NCBI GenBank assembly: GCA_964453345.1
Contig: CAYVOC010000009.1
Location: 1-45,309 of the forward strand
Origin: an uncultured Aquificales bacterium
Lineage (GTDB): Bacteria > Thermosulfidibacterota > Thermosulfidibacteria > Thermosulfidibacterales > Thermosulfidibacteraceae
Length of the DNA stretch: 45,309 nucleotides
Direction of reading: 5' to 3'
The translations under genes and the position numbers were made by a program. Positions 41,613 to 45,309 of the stretch are shown one piece after another (the stretch's first letter is position 1; each line of letters opens with the position of its first letter). The notes below the pieces were generated by a model. It saw only the letters and a list, made by a program, of their open reading frames with translations, ran no database searches and was not told where the DNA came from.

Positions 41613-43692
41613 TTTCAACCTCCTCTATTATCTTTATTGCCCCTTCTTCATAACGGGACAAGCTCTCCGCATCTATTTCAGCCTCCACCCCATAGCGCTT
41701 CAGATCCTCCTCCGTGTGCCTGTAGGGACAGAACTGATACTCTCCCGGAATATACCCGTGCACAGGGCACACGGAAAAGGTGGGGGTTATGGAAAAGTAT
41801 GGTATCCGGAAGTTGGTAACGATTTTCCTCACAAGGGTCTTGACCACCTCTCCACTGGGTATCTCTTCCCCCACAAAGAGATGCACCACCGTGCCCCCGG
41901 TAAAGAGTATCTGCAAATCGTCCTGATGACTCAAAAGCTCGTATATATCGTCTGTCCAGTTGACAGGCGGATGGACGGAGTTGGTGTAATAGGGGGCATC
42001 GTCCGTTCCCGCAGTTCTTATGCGCGGGAACCTCTCCTTGTCCTTCCTCGCCAGCCTGTAGGAGGCGCCCTCCGCCGGGGTTGCCTCCAGGTTATACATG
42101 TTGCCGGTCTCCTCCTGGAAGTCGGCTATCCTTTCCCTCATGAAGTTGAGCACCTTTATGGCAAATTCCTTGCCTTCGGGGTCTGTTATGGGAACCCCCA
42201 AGTAGTTGAGGCACATCTCGTTCATCCCCAGAACCCCTATGGTGGAGAAGTGGTTGGTCCAGTAGGCGCCTGTTGCCTCCTTTATCCTTGACAGATACAC
42301 CTTGGAGTAGGGATAGAGTCCCTTCTCCGTGAAGTCCTCTATAACCTTGCGCTTTATCTCCAGGGAGACCTTTGCAAGCTCCATGAGGTGGGAGAGTCTG
42401 TCAAAGAAGTCCTCCTCGCATGTGGCAAGATAACCAATTCTTGCCATGTTTATGGTGACCACTCCCAGGGAGCCTGTGAGGGGCGCTGCACCGAACAGCC
42501 CTCCCTGGCGCTTTTTGAGCTCTCTGTTGTCCAAGCGGAGCCTGCAGCACATGCTCCTTGCGTCTTCCGGGGACATATCCGAGTTCACGTAGTTGGCAAA
42601 GTAGGGGATTCCGTATCTTCTTGTCATCTCCCACAGGGGCTCCAGGGCTGGATTGTCCCAGTCAAAGTCCCGCGTGATGTTGTAGGTGGGTATGGGGAAG
42701 GTGAAGATTCTTCCCTTGGCGTCTCCCTCTATCATGAGTTCGCAGAAAGCCCGGTTTATCATGTTCATCTCTTCCTGGAAGTCGCCGTAGGTTTCGTCCT
42801 GAAGCTCTCCGCCCACCACCACGTTGGCGTTTTTGAGGTTCTCCGGTGGCGAAAGGTCCATGGTGATGTTGGTGAAGGGGGTCTGGAAGCCAACTCTTGT
42901 GGGCACATTCAGGTTGAATAGAAACTCCTGAAGGGCCTGCTTCACCTCCTTATAGGAAAGTCCATCCGCTCTAACAAAGGGGGCAAGGAGGGTGTCAAAG
43001 TTGCTGAAGGCCTGGGCACCCGCCGCTTCCCCCTGGAGGGTGTAGAAGAAGTTCACTATCTGTCCCAAAGCGGTTCTGAAGTGCTTTGCGGGTTTGCTCT
43101 CTATTTTGCCGGGAACCCCCCCGAAGCCCCTGAGAAGCAGGTCATACAGATCCCAGCCCACGCAGTAGGGTCCTAAAATTCCCAGATCGTGGATGTGGAA
43201 GTCCCCGGACTCGTGAGCCTCGCCTATCTCAGGGGGATAAAGCTTGGTGAGCCAGTATTTGGCTACTATGCTTGAGGATATGTGAAAGTTCAATCCCTGC
43301 AGAGAATAGGTCATGTTGGAGTTTTCGTTCACCCTCCAGTCGGCCTTTTTGAGGTAATCTTCCACTATGTTGACGCCGTTTACTATGGCCTTGCTTATCT
43401 CCCTCGCCTGCCTTCTGCGCTCTCTATACAGGATGTAGGCCTTTGCTACTTTAGCGTGGCCGTGCTCTATGAGCACCTTCTCCACTATGTCCTGTATCTC
43501 TTCCACATGGGGGATGTTGCCCTTTTTGAAGAAGGTTCTGTAAAGGATCAAAGCCACCTCATCCGCCAGCTCCTCAGCCCTTTTCCTGTCAGAGCCACCA
43601 ACGGCCTTGGCAGCCTTGAAGATGGCTTCAACTATCCTGTTTCTGTCAAAGGGAACAATTTTACCGTCTCTTTTCCTTACCAAGGGTTCCAT
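41599..43692 (-). CDS. nrdD: Class III ribonucleoside-triphosphate reductase, catalytic chain lacking the glycyl-radical motif
   Basis: ATP cone (VRKRDG), HIHDLG, PYCVGW, SMCCRL, EATPAE, YYTNS, TGGTVVH, CPVHGY. Confidence 0.96.
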   Translation of the reverse strand: MEPLVRKRDGKIVPFDRNRIVEAIFKAAKAVGGSDRKRAEELADEVALILYRTFFKKGNIPHVEEIQDIVEKVLIEHGHAKVAKAYILYRERRRQAREISKAIVNGVNIVEDYLKKADWRVNENSNMTYSLQGLNFHISSSIVAKYWLTKLYPPEIGEAHESGDFHIHDLGILGPYCVGWDLYDLLLRGFGGVPGKIESKPAKHFRTALGQIVNFFYTLQGEAAGAQAFSNFDTLLAPFVRADGLSYKEVKQALQEFLFNLNVPTRVGFQTPFTNITMDLSPPENLKNANVVVGGELQDETYGDFQEEMNMINRAFCELMIEGDAKGRIFTFPIPTYNITRDFDWDNPALEPLWEMTRRYGIPYFANYVNSDMSPEDARSMCCRLRLDNRELKKRQGGLFGAAPLTGSLGVVTINMARIGYLATCEEDFFDRLSHLMELAKVSLEIKRKVIEDFTEKGLYPYSKVYLSRIKEATGAYWTNHFSTIGVLGMNEMCLNYLGVPITDPEGKEFAIKVLNFMRERIADFQEETGNMYNLEATPAEGASYRLARKDKERFPRIRTAGTDDAPYYTNSVHPPVNWTDDIYELLSHQDDLQILFTGGTVVHLFVGEEIPSGEVVKTLVRKIVTNFRIPYFSITPTFSVCPVHGYIPGEYQFCPYRHTEEDLKRYGVEAEIDAESLSRYEEGAIKIIEEVENAGS

Positions 43693-43753
43693 TTTCTGAC
43701 CTCCAAGGTCATATTTACACTGAAAGTAATAGCACAGCCGTATTGACCGGTCA

Positions 43754-43801
43754 ACACTAAATATAGTGTTGAAACCACCAGCGAAACACTACATTTAGTG
43801 T
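43754..43801. promoter_or_regulatory. Tandem NrdR boxes
   Basis: ACACTAAATATAGTGT (43754-43769) and ACACTACATTTAGTGT (43786-43801), 32 bp apart, upstream of nrdD. Confidence 0.9.
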
Positions 43802-43811
43802 TAATAGACCC

Positions 43812-44162
43812 TTAGCGACCCCTATAGATCTTTTTTACTTTTAAGGGGTCCACCTCGCCGTGATCCAAGAGCCTTGGAGGGGAGTCTTTGCTGAAGATAA
43901 CGTAGGTGAGATCGTAGGCAGAGGTGTGGAAGCGCTTGTGGGTTGTGGCCCTGCAGGGATACTTTGCCCTTTTTCCGCAGCGCCCCTTGTATACACGACC
44001 ATCTGGGGAGACAAAGTAGACTAACCTATCGCCTGAGATTCTGACAAACGGTTTGTAAAAACAACTCTTAGAAGAGCAAATATACAGCCAGCCGCTTTCC
44101 CCTGCAAAGGCTGAAGAAAAGAGGAACAGGAGGCAGCACAAAAGTATGCGCCGCCTCCCGAT
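43812..44162 (-). CDS. Hypothetical secreted protein; start uncertain
   Basis: Fills the gap downstream of rpsI; signal-peptide-like RRRILLCCLLFLFSSAFA; four Cys in the mature part. Confidence 0.55.
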   Translation of the reverse strand: MGRRRILLCCLLFLFSSAFAGESGWLYICSSKSCFYKPFVRISGDRLVYFVSPDGRVYKGRCGKRAKYPCRATTHKRFHTSAYDLTYVIFSKDSPPRLLDHGEVDPLKVKKIYRGR

Positions 44163-44169
44163 GAATACC

Positions 44170-44562
44170 CTATCTCTTCCTCCACTGGAATCCTCTTCTT
44201 GCCTTGTGGCGCCCATACTTCTTTCTCTCAACGATACGGGCGTCCCTGGTGAGAAGCCCGGCCTTCTTAAGCACAGGCCTCAAGCTTTCGTCGTAGGCGA
44301 GCAGAGCCTTGGCGATCCCATACCTTATGGCGTCAGCCTGGCTGGAAACGCCGCCACCCTTCACGTTCACCTTGATGTCAAATTCTCCCACCTTGTTCAC
44401 CAGCTCTAAGGGCTCAAAGATGAGCTTTCTGAGGGATTCCCTGGGAATATACTCCTCAAGGGTGCGCTTGTTTATAATTATCTGGCCGCTTCCGGGCTTC
44501 ATCCAGATCCTTGCTATGGAGGTCTTCCTCTTTCCAACACCGTGATAAATCACATCCGCCAT
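44170..44562 (-). CDS. rpsI: 30S ribosomal protein S9
   Basis: [30 protein letters not shown]. Confidence 0.98.
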   Translation of the reverse strand: MADVIYHGVGKRKTSIARIWMKPGSGQIIINKRTLEEYIPRESLRKLIFEPLELVNKVGEFDIKVNVKGGGVSSQADAIRYGIAKALLAYDESLRPVLKKAGLLTRDARIVERKKYGRHKARRGFQWRKR

Positions 44563-44577
44563 CTGACTCACCTCTCC

Positions 44578-45024
44578 TTAGCAGCCTTCTATATCTATTG
44601 GCTCAGGCTTCTGAGCCTGGTGGGGATGGGTCTCCCCGGCATATACCTTTAACTTTTTCAGCATTCTTCTTGCAAGATTATTCTTGGGAAGCATGCCCTT
44701 TACCGCATGCCAGATGAGGAACTCAGGTTTCCTTTCCAGCATCTGCCTTGCCGTTCTGGATTTCAGCCCGCCAAGGTAGCCTGAGTGCCAGTAGTAGACC
44801 TTCTTATCCCACTTGGCGCCTGTGAGCCTCACCTTGTCGGCGTTTATAACCACCACAAAGTCCCCGCAGTCCACATGGGGAGTATATTGAGGCTTGTGCT
44901 TGCCCATGAGAATCACCGCTATTTTGGACGCAAGCCTTCCGAGGGTTTTATCCTTGGCGTCCACAAGATACCACTTTCTCTCAACCTCACCCTTCTTGGC
45001 CATATACGTCTTTTTCCCCAACAT
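44578..45024 (-). CDS. rplM: 50S ribosomal protein L13
   Basis: [30 protein letters not shown]. Confidence 0.98.
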   Translation of the reverse strand: MLGKKTYMAKKGEVERKWYLVDAKDKTLGRLASKIAVILMGKHKPQYTPHVDCGDFVVVINADKVRLTGAKWDKKVYYWHSGYLGGLKSRTARQMLERKPEFLIWHAVKGMLPKNNLARRMLKKLKVYAGETHPHQAQKPEPIDIEGC

Positions 45025-45267
45025 TTCCGCCTCTCCCGGACAGTATTATCCCTGTGAGTGTTCAGCCTCTATAGTAAAGCTTTTGGATGTTGTCAATAAT
45101 ACCAGAAAAAATGGGACATGGAGGGCAACCTGCGGAAACCACCCGGGGAGTTGAAATATTGCGTGCATGCATAATTTATGTGCACTTCATTTGACAAGGA
45201 TTGCCCCTTGATCTAAGAAAACCAAACCCTGCAGTTGCAAGCACTTAAGTTTTGAGGGAGGCTTTGA

Positions 45268-45309
45268 ATGCTGTATAAGCCGCTTTCGTCCTTTCCCGTT
45301 TTTGAGGTG
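45268..45309 (+). CDS. 5' end of an unidentified gene, cut by the window edge
   Basis: SD GAGGGAGG then ATG CTG TAT AAG (MLYKPLSSFPVFEV...), open to the end. Confidence 0.5.
   Translation, partial: MLYKPLSSFPVFEV

Noticed and set aside
41599-41625. nrdD as a frameshifted pseudogene or programmed frameshift
   Set aside because: The second ORF has a well-spaced SD and ATG, no canonical slippery heptamer is visible, and nrdG and the NrdR boxes are intact. A read check is still advised.
45115-45160. c-di-GMP-I riboswitch-like start (GGGCAACC...GAAA)
   Set aside because: Stem pairing and the second hairpin do not fit; an Rfam scan would settle it.

Overview
Gene-dense chromosomal window from a bacterium with an outer membrane, probably anaerobic (class III RNR, 2-oxoacid:ferredoxin oxidoreductases) and possibly thermophilic (inferred from Glu/Lys/Arg-rich proteins). 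Left to right: rtcB + archease; a VKOR-thioredoxin fusion; a Ski2/HelY-like helicase followed by a Com-like zinc-ribbon gene; polX-usp; a beta-barrel OMP; nth-GT4; hisS-aspS-lipoprotein-rlmD; gap-pgk-tpiA-secG-pheA-ctpA-deacetylase-OFOR beta/gamma-uppP; proC-uvrA-porCDAB; HU; pilMNOPQ-aroC-aroK-TPR-aroQ-peptidase; an antiporter and an XRE gene; a low-GC PIN toxin-antitoxin insert; the anaerobic RNR operon; rplM-rpsI. The most notable signal is a split class III ribonucleotide reductase: the glycyl-radical motif is on its own 54-aa gene (41448-41612), which is missing from the ORF track. Also seen are tandem NrdR boxes, a TA module apparently inserted between nrdG and its terminator with 8-bp direct repeats, several apparently leaderless promoters and two probable CTG starts. 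No rRNA, tRNA, CRISPR array or transposase was recognised. All family assignments come from motif recognition, not database searches.
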